NCBI GenBank assembly: GCA_038063455.1
Contig: JBBTVB010000006.1
Location: 39,234-103,233 of the forward strand
Length of the DNA stretch: 64,000 bases
Source of the DNA: Patescibacteria group bacterium
GTDB lineage: Bacteria > Patescibacteriota > Patescibacteriia > PEXW01
Direction: 5' to 3'
Shown: positions 28,577 to 37,285 of the stretch, one piece after another
How the letters are laid out: each line of letters opens with the position of its first letter
Numbering within the stretch: position 1 is the first letter of the stretch
The notes under the pieces: generated by a model
Seen by the model: the letters and a program-made list of their open reading frames with translations, nothing else
The model's database searches: none
What the model was told of the DNA's origin: nothing
Program-made: the position numbers and the translations under genes

Positions 28577-28903
28577 CTACAAGTAGTAGTCCACCAGAAA
28601 CTGCCCTAACTTCTCGTCAAAGGTGGCTTTGGTGGCTTCGGCCTTTTCCTGCTGCTGTTTAGAAAGCTCGGTCGGGAAGGCAAAAGTAAATATCAGGTTT
28701 CTGTTCACGTCTTCGGCATACCACAACTCCGCTTTTAACTCGTCGCCAGTTGCGGCAGGAACAATATAGCGTTTTACCTCGCCGGCTAGTGCGGTACGAA
28801 TGTCGGCCTCGGTCGGTGGCCGGCGTTCAACAAGCCCAACAACATCGGCAAAAATGCCGTACACGTCGTCTACTATTTTCTGGTTGAGATCGAACAAAAT
28901 CAT
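28577..28903 (-). CDS. Hypothetical protein
   Basis: 108-aa ORF translationally coupled to xseB. Confidence 0.7.
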   Translation of the reverse strand: MILFDLNQKIVDDVYGIFADVVGLVERRPPTEADIRTALAGEVKRYIVPAATGDELKAELWYAEDVNRNLIFTFAFPTELSKQQQEKAEATKATFDEKLGQFLVDYYL

Positions 28904-29109
28904 TCGCCGGTTTTGTACTTGGCTTTAATGGTCTCGACTTTCTGTTCGACGTTCTTTAGCCGGTCCTTGAGCTGCTTAGCCAAAGCCATCCCCCGTTCAA
29001 AATCGGCTAAGCCTTCTTCCACGTCAAACGCGCCGGCCTCAAATTTCTGGGCGAGCTTTTCCAGTTCGGCAAAGTCTTTGGCAAAGGTGGATGAGGTTTT
29101 CTTGGGCAT
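28900..29109 (-). CDS. xseB: Exodeoxyribonuclease VII small subunit
   Basis: FAKDFAELE...FERGMAL...LKNVEQKV; follows xseA. Confidence 0.92.
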   Translation of the reverse strand: MPKKTSSTFAKDFAELEKLAQKFEAGAFDVEEGLADFERGMALAKQLKDRLKNVEQKVETIKAKYKTGE

Positions 29110-29118
29110 AGACTTTAC

Positions 29119-30276
29119 TTAGGTAACAGTGGAGTCAATAGTGCCACGCTTTAAGCGGGTGTGCAAGCGGCTGCCCTTTTTTACGCTGGCTGCATCTTTT
29201 ACCACCGTATTTCCAACCATGGTTAGCGAATAGCCGCGTTCCAGAGTTGCCGTGGGCGACAGGGTTTGGACGAGCTTTGCGGCATTGAACAAATCCGTCC
29301 GCGTGCGCTCCAGAGCAAAAATAAATGCCTGCAAAAGCTGTTGGCGCAGGGATATTACGCGCTGGACTGTCCCCTGCACCACGTCCGCCAGGTCGCGGGT
29401 CAGGTGATGCAAGCGGTCATGCAGTTCGCCTAAGAGTTGTCGCCAGCCATCGTCAAAAAATCCTGCCAGCATGTCGATGTTCATTTGCACCTGGCCAATA
29501 TCCGGGCTCACGAGCTCGGCGGCATTGCTGGGCGTAGCGGCGCGTACATCAGCGACAAGGTCGGCAATGGTCCAGTCCCGTTCATGACCCACACCGCACA
29601 CGATTGGTACGGTGCACGAGAACATTGCTCTCGCCACCAGCTCACTGTTAAACGCTTGCAAATCTTCTAAGCTCCCGCCGCCGCGCGTCAAAATGACAGC
29701 GTCTAGGTCATAGTGGATGCACCTTTCTAGTGCGCCAACAATACTGGCGATTGCCCCACTCCCCTGCACGCCCACGGGGAAAAAGACGATGGTGGCAAAC
29801 GGCCAACGGTTTTTCAGCACGCGCAACACATCGGTCCGCGCCGCCGCATCCGCAGAGGTGATAAGTCCAATCCGCTCTGGATACGCCGGTAACGTACGCT
29901 TTCGTTCCGTTGCAAATAGACCTTCGGCTTCCAATTTTTTCTTGGTTTTTTCTAAGGCCTGCTGCAGCGCGCCTTGGCCAACCAATTCGATCTTGTTCAC
30001 GCGCAAGTGCAGCCCGCCGTTCTTCACGAAAACTGACGGCGTGCCGGTCACGCGCACGGCCAAGCCATCGGCCAAGTCGCAATCCAATTCGTGCGCCAGC
30101 ATGAAACAGCGCAACCGGCTGCCTTCATCTTTGATCTCAAAAAAGACCAGGGTTTCTCGGCTAAACCCCCGAAAATCCGCAACCTCCCCTTCCACCACAA
30201 CTTCACCCAGCCGGCCTAAATGGACTTTGAGGGTCTGGACGAATTCCGAAACGGAAAAGATGGGTTGGTCGCTCAT
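29119..30276 (-). CDS. xseA: Exodeoxyribonuclease VII large subunit
   Basis: VEGEV, IGLITS, RGGGSLEDL, GVGHERD, ATPSNAAE and LERGYS. Confidence 0.95.
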   Translation of the reverse strand: MSDQPIFSVSEFVQTLKVHLGRLGEVVVEGEVADFRGFSRETLVFFEIKDEGSRLRCFMLAHELDCDLADGLAVRVTGTPSVFVKNGGLHLRVNKIELVGQGALQQALEKTKKKLEAEGLFATERKRTLPAYPERIGLITSADAAARTDVLRVLKNRWPFATIVFFPVGVQGSGAIASIVGALERCIHYDLDAVILTRGGGSLEDLQAFNSELVARAMFSCTVPIVCGVGHERDWTIADLVADVRAATPSNAAELVSPDIGQVQMNIDMLAGFFDDGWRQLLGELHDRLHHLTRDLADVVQGTVQRVISLRQQLLQAFIFALERTRTDLFNAAKLVQTLSPTATLERGYSLTMVGNTVVKDAASVKKGSRLHTRLKRGTIDSTVT

Positions 30277-31190
30277 CTGCCTCCCGCCATCAGCCACGCA
30301 CCCAATGCCGGACGCAGCTTTGGCCGCACAAACTGGACCTTTGGCGCAGCCTTCCGCACGACCTTATAAAAGTGGGCAGGCAAAACAATGGGGCACTTAA
30401 AAATCCCGCCAACGGTAACCAGCGGAAAAACCTTATGTTGCAAACCGCTCTTTTGTATAATCGTAGTGGCAAGTAAGGCGAGTTCTTTGGCTGCATCAAG
30501 AAGAATATTTTTCGCCACTGCATCCCCTCTTTCCGCCGCAAACTGGACGTAGGGTGCGAGCGCCGCAATCTGCGGTTTTCCGAACGCCGGTTCGTACACA
30601 ATCGGAATAAGCCCATCTATGTTACGAATCTTAAAGTGTTCCAGAACGTATTTCGTTAACAACGTTTTTGGCCCGCGACCATCTGCAGCTTTGGTCACGG
30701 CATGCAGCGCAACACTGCCCTGCGCAAAACCCGAACCTTCATCGGCTAAGCGATGCCCACGGCCCCCTGCCCGCGCAATGCCCTTTGGTCCACGAGCATA
30801 AGCATTCGATCCTGTTCCAGAAATAATGACTGCCGCGTGTTTGGCGTCGGTGCCAGAACGTAGCGCAATGATAATATCGTTTACCAGCTTCCAGCCCGGC
30901 GCCACAATCCCGCGCAATTCTTTGGTGAGGGCACGACGCATGGTGGACACATCCTTGGGCGTATCCATGCCTGCCAAACCAATGACTGCAGGATACGGCC
31001 GCTTACGACCGAGTTGTCGTTCTGCAGCGAGAATTGCCGCTTTGACATTTTTTGCGGCAGCAGCAACTCCGACGGCATGCGGGTTTGAGGGGCCAGCTTT
31101 GCCCCAGACGAGATTTTTTCCAGCGCCAAGCAGGGCTTCGGTTTTCGTGCCGCCACCATCAATGCCAAGAAACCACTGTGTATGTTGCAT
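30273..31190 (-). CDS. BadF/BadG/BcrA/BcrD family kinase (GlcNAc/MurNAc kinase-like)
   Basis: GIDGGGTKT, VNDI, ISGTGS, AGGRG..LADEGSG and VGGIF. Confidence 0.9.
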   Translation of the reverse strand: MQHTQWFLGIDGGGTKTEALLGAGKNLVWGKAGPSNPHAVGVAAAAKNVKAAILAAERQLGRKRPYPAVIGLAGMDTPKDVSTMRRALTKELRGIVAPGWKLVNDIIIALRSGTDAKHAAVIISGTGSNAYARGPKGIARAGGRGHRLADEGSGFAQGSVALHAVTKAADGRGPKTLLTKYVLEHFKIRNIDGLIPIVYEPAFGKPQIAALAPYVQFAAERGDAVAKNILLDAAKELALLATTIIQKSGLQHKVFPLVTVGGIFKCPIVLPAHFYKVVRKAAPKVQFVRPKLRPALGAWLMAGGR

Positions 31191-31221
31191 ACCAATAGTG
31201 TAGCACTAAGCGATTTTGGAT

Positions 31222-31257
31222 AAAAAAAATAGGGGCACATGCAAGCATGCACCCCTA
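31222..31257 (-). terminator. Intrinsic terminator closing the candidate ncRNA
   Basis: TAGGGGTGCATGC-TT-GCATGTGCCCCTA followed by T8 on the minus strand. Confidence 0.75.
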
Positions 31258-31610
31258 GAGAAAATCGGTAGTCTGGACATCAGCCGTGAAGCTGGAAAAG
31301 AGTGGGCAGGCAATCCTACCTGCTAGGCATCGATACTTGATCAATGAGCGATTACGCAGGTTCCTTTCGGAGCCGGCAAGCAACTGATCGGTGCACGGTA
31401 TCTAATCGTGCGTATGAGTGCTCTAGGAGCCAGGGTCCTTGCGGTGAGGCAAGAGCTTTGCGGGATTGGTGCAGCTTTCTGCGGGAACGTGTCGACACGT
31501 AGATGACCATGTTATGGTCGACTTGCTGCGCCCTTACTCACAGAACTACCGAGTTTTCAATTTTGCCTCTACTAGAGAGGCTTTGTACGAAAGTACTTTC
31601 TTTTTGTTGG
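31222..31610 (-). ncRNA. Candidate structured non-coding RNA (~390 nt), family not recognised
   Basis: Own promoter and terminator, complementary ends 31260-31275 / 31541-31558, several internal hairpins and no convincing ORF; strand is not certain. Confidence 0.5.
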
Positions 31611-31616
31611 ATTGCA

Positions 31617-31644
31617 ATCTTAGCACGTATATCACGGCTGTCAA
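31617..31644 (-). promoter_or_regulatory. Sigma70-type promoter firing into the candidate ncRNA
   Basis: TTGACA-N16-TAAGAT with extended -10 TG. Confidence 0.7.
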
Positions 31645-31795
31645 GGGTACTTGTCCACATTTCCTTGATTTTTAAGCCAAAGAACTTCTAAAAAATACTG
31701 CTTATTCGCTATGTTGAGCCAAAAAGTTATCCACACCCATAAAATATTCAATGCATAAATCTTCTATAAACCCCAGGAAAAAGTGGGTGGGCATG

Positions 31796-31824
31796 TTGCA
31801 TTTCGGCTTTCCTTCGGGTATAAT
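31796..31824 (+). promoter_or_regulatory. lexA promoter with putative LexA box TTCGG-N6-TTCGG (31802-31817)
   Basis: TTGCAT-N17-TATAAT; the direct repeat fills the spacer and recurs at 32561 and 39066. Confidence 0.8.
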
Positions 31825-31834
31825 CCCCTGACCT

Positions 31835-32455
31835 ATGCCCCCTATCCTCCACAAGCAAAAACGCGCCATCCTCAAATTCCTGCAAGAATACATCCGGGAA
31901 AATGGGGCTGCGCCAACGCTTACCGAAATCGCCAAAGTTTTTAAGCTTTCTTCGTTAGCCACAGTTCACGAGCACTTGGCGTTTTTAGAACAGGCCGGTT
32001 TTATTAAACGGGACCGGAACAATACGCGCGGAATAGAACTAGTTGAACCTGAGCAGGACACAGCCTTCACCGCTGCCTCCATGCTGTTGCCTTTGGTTGG
32101 CACCATTGCGGCTGGCTCCCCTATCGAAGCCGTAGAAGACAAGCAAGAAATGATTTCTGTGCCGCAAGAATTAGTTGGCAAGAAAAACGCTTACATTCTT
32201 AAAGTCCGCGGCGACTCGATGATTGAAAGCTTGGTTGCAGACGGCGACTACGTGGTGGTGGAAAAGAGCGAGTTAGCACACGATGGCGACATGGTGGTGG
32301 CGATGCTCGATGATGGCACGGCAACGCTAAAAAAGTTTTTCCGAAAGAAAAATTTTATTCGCTTGCAACCGGCCAATACCAACTACAAACCCATTGATGT
32401 AAAGAACGTTACGATTCAGGGTAAAGTTATTGGCGTGATTCGGAAATACGCCTAA
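31835..32455 (+). CDS. lexA: SOS repressor LexA
   Basis: PTLTEIA HTH, IAAGSP (Ala-Gly cleavage site), GDSM and TLKKF. Confidence 0.97.
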   Translation: MPPILHKQKRAILKFLQEYIRENGAAPTLTEIAKVFKLSSLATVHEHLAFLEQAGFIKRDRNNTRGIELVEPEQDTAFTAASMLLPLVGTIAAGSPIEAVEDKQEMISVPQELVGKKNAYILKVRGDSMIESLVADGDYVVVEKSELAHDGDMVVAMLDDGTATLKKFFRKKNFIRLQPANTNYKPIDVKNVTIQGKVIGVIRKYA

Positions 32456-32560
32456 GTACACCCAGCACCACCTATGAAGCGAAACCTGCACAGTAATACT
32501 CAACCCTCAACCACGGATCTATTGGTAGGTGGTGCTGGGTAAATTTTTTTACTTTCCTCT

Positions 32561-32576
32561 TTCGGTTTTATTTCGG
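32561..32576 (+). promoter_or_regulatory. Putative LexA box
   Basis: TTCGG-TTTTAT-TTCGG, 3 nt before ATG 32580. Confidence 0.7.
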
Positions 32577-32579
32577 CTC

Positions 32580-33386
32580 ATGCACTTCTTCACTAAACTT
32601 TTTAAAGACCACCAGCACAGCGGCACAAATGTAGCGTACGTACGGCTGTGGCACATGGTGGCTAGCGTAGAGCAGGCAGTGCAACCTACGTTGCGCAGCG
32701 CGCCATTTATAGTTACTGATGCCCGACACACTCCCCTGCGCATAGTGGATGCCAATGAACTTGCACGCACACTTGGCATAAAACCCGGCATGGACGTGCA
32801 GCACGTTCGTCGTCGCTTCCCGCACGTCCAAGTGCGTGGACTCAATGTAGAGCGGCTGCAAGGCTTCATCAGCGCCTTCCACTGCATTGCCAAAAAGTGG
32901 GGCCGTGTTACCAGCACGACGCAAGATGGCCAAGGGCTAACTGTCTTGATACCGGCCGTGGATGCGCTGCAACGCGCGGCTGTCTTCCTACATATCCAAG
33001 AAGCTTGCTGGAAAGAACTGGAATGTAACGTGGCAGTGGGCGTTGGGCCTAGCGTAGATTTTGCGCACCTGGCAGCCATGGCTTGCCCCGAGCCGGGTTT
33101 CCGCTACCTAGACCGGCAGGAGCAGCAGAGCTTGAACACCTTACCTGTAAGTATTATCCCAGGTATTGGCAAACGCACTGCAAGAGCGCTCGTGGAGCTG
33201 GATGTCGCCACGGTCTGGCATTTTATGCAGCTTGATCTAACCACCATTGGTGAACTGGGCGGCCGGTCACTGGTGCGCATTGCCAACCGCTACATACCGG
33301 CGGCAAGTCTGCCACTCACCCCACAATATCAAGTCCCTGGCCAGCTCGTGGGCTTAAACGTATTTGCGGCAAATCACAACCTTTGA
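32580..33386 (+). CDS. Catalytically inactive Y-family polymerase homolog (ImuB/UmuC-like)
   Basis: ASVEQ, GIKPGM, VGVGPS...AHLA and IPGIGKRTARAL; the catalytic DM and SIDE motifs are absent. Confidence 0.82.
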   Translation: MHFFTKLFKDHQHSGTNVAYVRLWHMVASVEQAVQPTLRSAPFIVTDARHTPLRIVDANELARTLGIKPGMDVQHVRRRFPHVQVRGLNVERLQGFISAFHCIAKKWGRVTSTTQDGQGLTVLIPAVDALQRAAVFLHIQEACWKELECNVAVGVGPSVDFAHLAAMACPEPGFRYLDRQEQQSLNTLPVSIIPGIGKRTARALVELDVATVWHFMQLDLTTIGELGGRSLVRIANRYIPAASLPLTPQYQVPGQLVGLNVFAANHNL

Positions 33387-33459
33387 TACCCTTTTCGTAG
33401 TAATAAGCTCTTTTCGAATCCGCAGGTAGAGGTGCATTGCGACTCTTATCTGTACCAAG

Positions 33460-33492
33460 GGACCTCCTGGCTGTTATCTGGGAGGTCTTTTT
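33460..33492 (+). terminator. Intrinsic terminator
   Basis: GACCTCC...GGAGGTC followed by TTTTT. Confidence 0.6.
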
Positions 33493-33518
33493 AATTTATG
33501 TATTCCTAATGTTACGCA

Positions 33519-34373
33519 CTAGGCTTTTCGCAGGCCACGGCGGTGGAGAATATCTGCCGCTCGCCGAATAATGGGCAAGAGGTCTGGGTAAATATGACCA
33601 TTTTTCTGCGCGCGCTCTGGGTTAAGCCAGAGATTTTTTAGGTTACGCACTTCGCTAGTAGCAGATCGTTTTACCGTAGCCTTGCTGCCGCGCAGGAATA
33701 AAAAATTGTGCTGCTTTTTCTCGTGCAATTTTGCCTGCTCGGCAAAGCGGAAGGTGATGCTGTCGAGCGTGGCAAGAAACGTAAGGTTGGTGATGCCGGT
33801 TTCCTCGGCAATTTCTCGCTTGGCCGTTTCGATGAGTGTTTCGCCTTTTTCTTGGTGGCCTTTGGGCAGGCCAATACGCTTGGAATCGAGACGCTGGATG
33901 AAAAGAAAAGCATCTTGGCTGCGGTCGTACACAATGCCGCCAGCAGTGGTGTGGTACTCGGCTACCTGCTTGCCGGGTTTGGTAATGTTCGGCTTAGCCA
34001 AGTAGTGCGGCGCAGCCCAACGTGGGTGGGGTTTACGCGCGGCAGCCAGGCCAGCGGTAATAAGCGCATGCGCATCGAGCACACCACCCGTGACTGGAAC
34101 TTGCACCACCGGGCAGCCGACGACGGCACTTAAAGCGTTGGCGGTGGTAAGCAGCGCGCGCGTTTGTGAGAACGATGGCACATGCACGGCCACGACAATA
34201 AGCCGCAGTTCGTGCAAGCGCGGCGGCGGGGCTACCCGCGCAACAGCCGCAAGCAGCCTCGAATCGCGTTGCACGTGCAACGTCAATTTTGCCAGTGCAA
34301 TGCGGCGGTCATACTGGCAGGCCACCAGTGCGTCGCTCCCGCTGGCGGCGATGAGTAACGTAGGGCTAGTCAT
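33519..34373 (-). CDS. TsaB-like domain fused to a NUDIX hydrolase
   Basis: SFSQTRALLTTANALS...PHYLAKPNIT (short TsaB) followed by AGGIV and Nudix box GHQEKGETLIETAKREIAEETG. Confidence 0.75.
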   Translation of the reverse strand: MTSPTLLIAASGSDALVACQYDRRIALAKLTLHVQRDSRLLAAVARVAPPPRLHELRLIVVAVHVPSFSQTRALLTTANALSAVVGCPVVQVPVTGGVLDAHALITAGLAAARKPHPRWAAPHYLAKPNITKPGKQVAEYHTTAGGIVYDRSQDAFLFIQRLDSKRIGLPKGHQEKGETLIETAKREIAEETGITNLTFLATLDSITFRFAEQAKLHEKKQHNFLFLRGSKATVKRSATSEVRNLKNLWLNPERAQKNGHIYPDLLPIIRRAADILHRRGLRKA

Positions 34374-34930
34374 TTTTTGTACTTGTCGACCAGTACGATT
34401 TTTCGATTTTCCAAAATATCGTACAGAAAACGATCGGTAATGTCTTTACGGTACTGGTATTCTTTTTGCGTCAGCACGGTGTAGCGCAGGTCATGGTCCA
34501 TTTCCCGCTGGAACCGGCGCACCATGCGGCGCAGCTTCAATCGGTTAACGGTGCCGACTATAAAAATGTCTGTGCGGGCTTCGGGCACGTTGGTAAAGAA
34601 GCCGGTGAGAATGGCCAGGCGCACTCGGCCAATAGTTTGAATCTTCTTGCCAAAGTCGTACTCGGTAAGAATTTGGGCTTTTAAAAAGAGCGCGCGGAGT
34701 TCGGGGAAGAGTTGGGCGTTCGGGTTCATTCGAAAAGTCCGCACGCCGTTTTCTTCCTGCTGCACGAGCAGCCCAAGGGGCGCCAAGCGTCGTAATTCTG
34801 CTCGCAAGGTTTGCGGCCGGATGCGGGTTTTCTTGCCTACCTCCGCCAGCGTGTAGACCCGGTCGGGATTGAACACGAAAAGCCGCAGGAAAGCGTAGCG
34901 AATTTCTGAGCCAAGGAGTGCGTCCAGCAT
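34370..34930 (-). CDS. Winged-HTH + nucleotidyltransferase-like conserved protein
   Basis: MLDALLGSEIR, ELRRL, FPELRALF, ILTGFF, DIFIVG and YRKDITDRFL. Confidence 0.8.
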   Translation of the reverse strand: MLDALLGSEIRYAFLRLFVFNPDRVYTLAEVGKKTRIRPQTLRAELRRLAPLGLLVQQEENGVRTFRMNPNAQLFPELRALFLKAQILTEYDFGKKIQTIGRVRLAILTGFFTNVPEARTDIFIVGTVNRLKLRRMVRRFQREMDHDLRYTVLTQKEYQYRKDITDRFLYDILENRKIVLVDKYKK

Positions 34931-35002
34931 AGGTTTTCCGCCTCGTGTCTGAGGGGTGGCTGTAGTATACTGTGAGCATTTGCTGGACTCAAGGAAACCT
35001 GC

Positions 35003-37255
35003 ATGTCGAGTATAGAAAAACTTCTCATTTTCGATGCCACGCGGAGCCGGACGACCACCCACGTCTTCATTGGTCACCCTAGTCCTGCCGAAGAACGGAG
35101 CCTGGGAAAGCTCGGTTTTGTTGCGGAAATTGCCGGTAGCGACCGCATCTTCCAGGAATTACTGAGCCGGTTGCAGGAATTTGTGAAGACCGCCTACTAC
35201 ACCTCGCCCGAGGCCCATGCCGACGTGGCGTTTGAACACACCATCCAAGCCACCAACCGCTACCTCAGCGAACTGGTGGGTGATTTTGGGGCAGGCTGGG
35301 TAGACCGGTTCTCCATGGTCCTCTTCACGTTTCGCGACGGCGAGGTGCACTTTGCCGATGTCGGGCAGCTTGTCGGCTTCCTGTTTCACGAGAAACAGGT
35401 GGTGGAGTTGCTCGCCGGACGCCAGCGCACCAGCCGGGTAAACCCGCTAAAAATGTTTACCTCGATTGCGACGGGCACTATCAAAGGCCAAGACGCTATT
35501 GTTTTTGGCACGGCCAACTTGCTCGACTACTTCTCCGTCGACAAGCTCCGTCGAACCGTGGTGGAAATGCCATTGGGCGGCGCGGCCCGCCAGTTGGAAC
35601 TAGCGTTACGCAACGACCCTACCCACGCTGCCTTTGCCACGGTCATCTTGCAGACCCAGGCAGTGCCGGTGCAACCCGTGCACTACGAACCCGTACGGCA
35701 ACCAGCAACCCCCGGCGCGCCACAGCGCTCACTCGACAACATGCTGGCGCAGACTGCTCAAACCCAAGCCTTTCTCACCCCCTCGCTGTGGCCGGCAATC
35801 CGCCGAACCCTCAAGCGTGGCGGCCGTCGCGGCTTCGTGCTTTTCCGTGCCTTCGTATTACGAAAGCCCACCCGCGTTTCGCCCGTGCTAGAAAAAAAGA
35901 ACGATGATTTGGACGGGCCGGTGCAACCGCGCGGCTCGAATGTCGTCACTCCGCGCTCACGCGCTGTACAGCTGCTCCCAAAAGGCACGCTCCAAAAAAT
36001 CCCCTCGTTCTTGTGGCAGCGCGGCCAAGCTGTGCTCAAGGCGACCCCTGCTATTGTCGAACGGCTTCGGACTGCTACCCAACGGCTACGCCAAGCCCCC
36101 CGAGCGCTGCCGGCGATTGTGGAAGAGCGCGTCCAAAATGTGCGAGGACTGCCCCAGCGTAACCGCTTGTACTTCTACGGCGCGGCGGGCCTGGCCGTAC
36201 TCTTTGCCATAACCCTCATCGGCGTTGGCATCCAGCGCAACCATAGCGCCACCACCAAAACCCGAGCCGCAGCCATTACAACCATCGAGGAAAAAGTTGA
36301 CCAAGCAGCATCGAGTGTTATCTATGGCGATGAAGACCGCGCCCGCACTTTGCTGCAAGAAGCCCAAACGGCAATTAGCGCCTTGCCAGACAAATCGAAA
36401 AACGACAAAGCCACCCGCAGCCGCCTGATCGGATCGGTAGAAGCCGCCCAAGCGCAAATCCGCCACATCGTTACTACTGCGCCGAGCCCACTCGTATCTC
36501 TGGCCGCAGAGGCTCAACCGGTCGGCCTGGTTTTGCTCGGGTCAGCGCTCTACACTGTTGATACCAAAACCAATGCTTTGCTCAACATCAGCACGAACGA
36601 TAAAAAAGTAACCATTGCAACCACGCTCCCAGGCGACCCGGGCGTGCAAGCCTTAGCCACGTACGGCAGCGGCACGCTCATGGCCTTGGCCGCCAACTTG
36701 GACATCATCGAGCAGCGGCCAGCAGCCAAAACTGGCACGCGATCCGCGCTCGCCACCCCAAGCAGCAACCCCAACCTGGTCGGGTTAACCACCTACAATA
36801 GTGCTGTCTACGTTGCCGATGTGGCTAACAGCGCCCTATTGCGTGCCACCAAACGTGGCGCGGTTTTCCAGGCTGCGGCTTGGCTCAAGCAATCCGCCAC
36901 GCTCAGCAACGCCGTTGACCTGGTGGTCGATGGCTCTATTTACGTGGTTGCCAGCGACGGCACAGTCCAAAAGTTTACCCAGGGCCGGCGCGACCAGTTC
37001 GTCCTCTCGCCCGTTGACCCCGCCCTTAGCAGTGCCACCAAAATTGCCGGGGACGTGAACCTGCAGAACCTGTACATCCTCGACACGGCCAGCAAACGCA
37101 TTGCGGTCTTTACCAAAACCGGCAAGTTCGTTAACCAGTACGTCCACGACAGCCTGCAAAATGTAAGCGCATTTACCGTGGACGAGCGGACGCAAAAAAT
37201 ATACCTGCTTATCGGGAACGAGGCACACGTCTTGGCTATCCAAAAAACCAAATAG
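35003..37255 (+). CDS. Conserved membrane protein: PP2C-like N-terminus, TM, beta-propeller C-terminus
   Basis: 750-aa ORF with one central TM; VYVAD, DGSIYV and LYILD..SKRIAVF blades. Confidence 0.75.
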   Translation: MSSIEKLLIFDATRSRTTTHVFIGHPSPAEERSLGKLGFVAEIAGSDRIFQELLSRLQEFVKTAYYTSPEAHADVAFEHTIQATNRYLSELVGDFGAGWVDRFSMVLFTFRDGEVHFADVGQLVGFLFHEKQVVELLAGRQRTSRVNPLKMFTSIATGTIKGQDAIVFGTANLLDYFSVDKLRRTVVEMPLGGAARQLELALRNDPTHAAFATVILQTQAVPVQPVHYEPVRQPATPGAPQRSLDNMLAQTAQTQAFLTPSLWPAIRRTLKRGGRRGFVLFRAFVLRKPTRVSPVLEKKNDDLDGPVQPRGSNVVTPRSRAVQLLPKGTLQKIPSFLWQRGQAVLKATPAIVERLRTATQRLRQAPRALPAIVEERVQNVRGLPQRNRLYFYGAAGLAVLFAITLIGVGIQRNHSATTKTRAAAITTIEEKVDQAASSVIYGDEDRARTLLQEAQTAISALPDKSKNDKATRSRLIGSVEAAQAQIRHIVTTAPSPLVSLAAEAQPVGLVLLGSALYTVDTKTNALLNISTNDKKVTIATTLPGDPGVQALATYGSGTLMALAANLDIIEQRPAAKTGTRSALATPSSNPNLVGLTTYNSAVYVADVANSALLRATKRGAVFQAAAWLKQSATLSNAVDLVVDGSIYVVASDGTVQKFTQGRRDQFVLSPVDPALSSATKIAGDVNLQNLYILDTASKRIAVFTKTGKFVNQYVHDSLQNVSAFTVDERTQKIYLLIGNEAHVLAIQKTK

Positions 37256-37285
37256 CTCTACTGCTCGGTCGGTACCCAGCACCAG

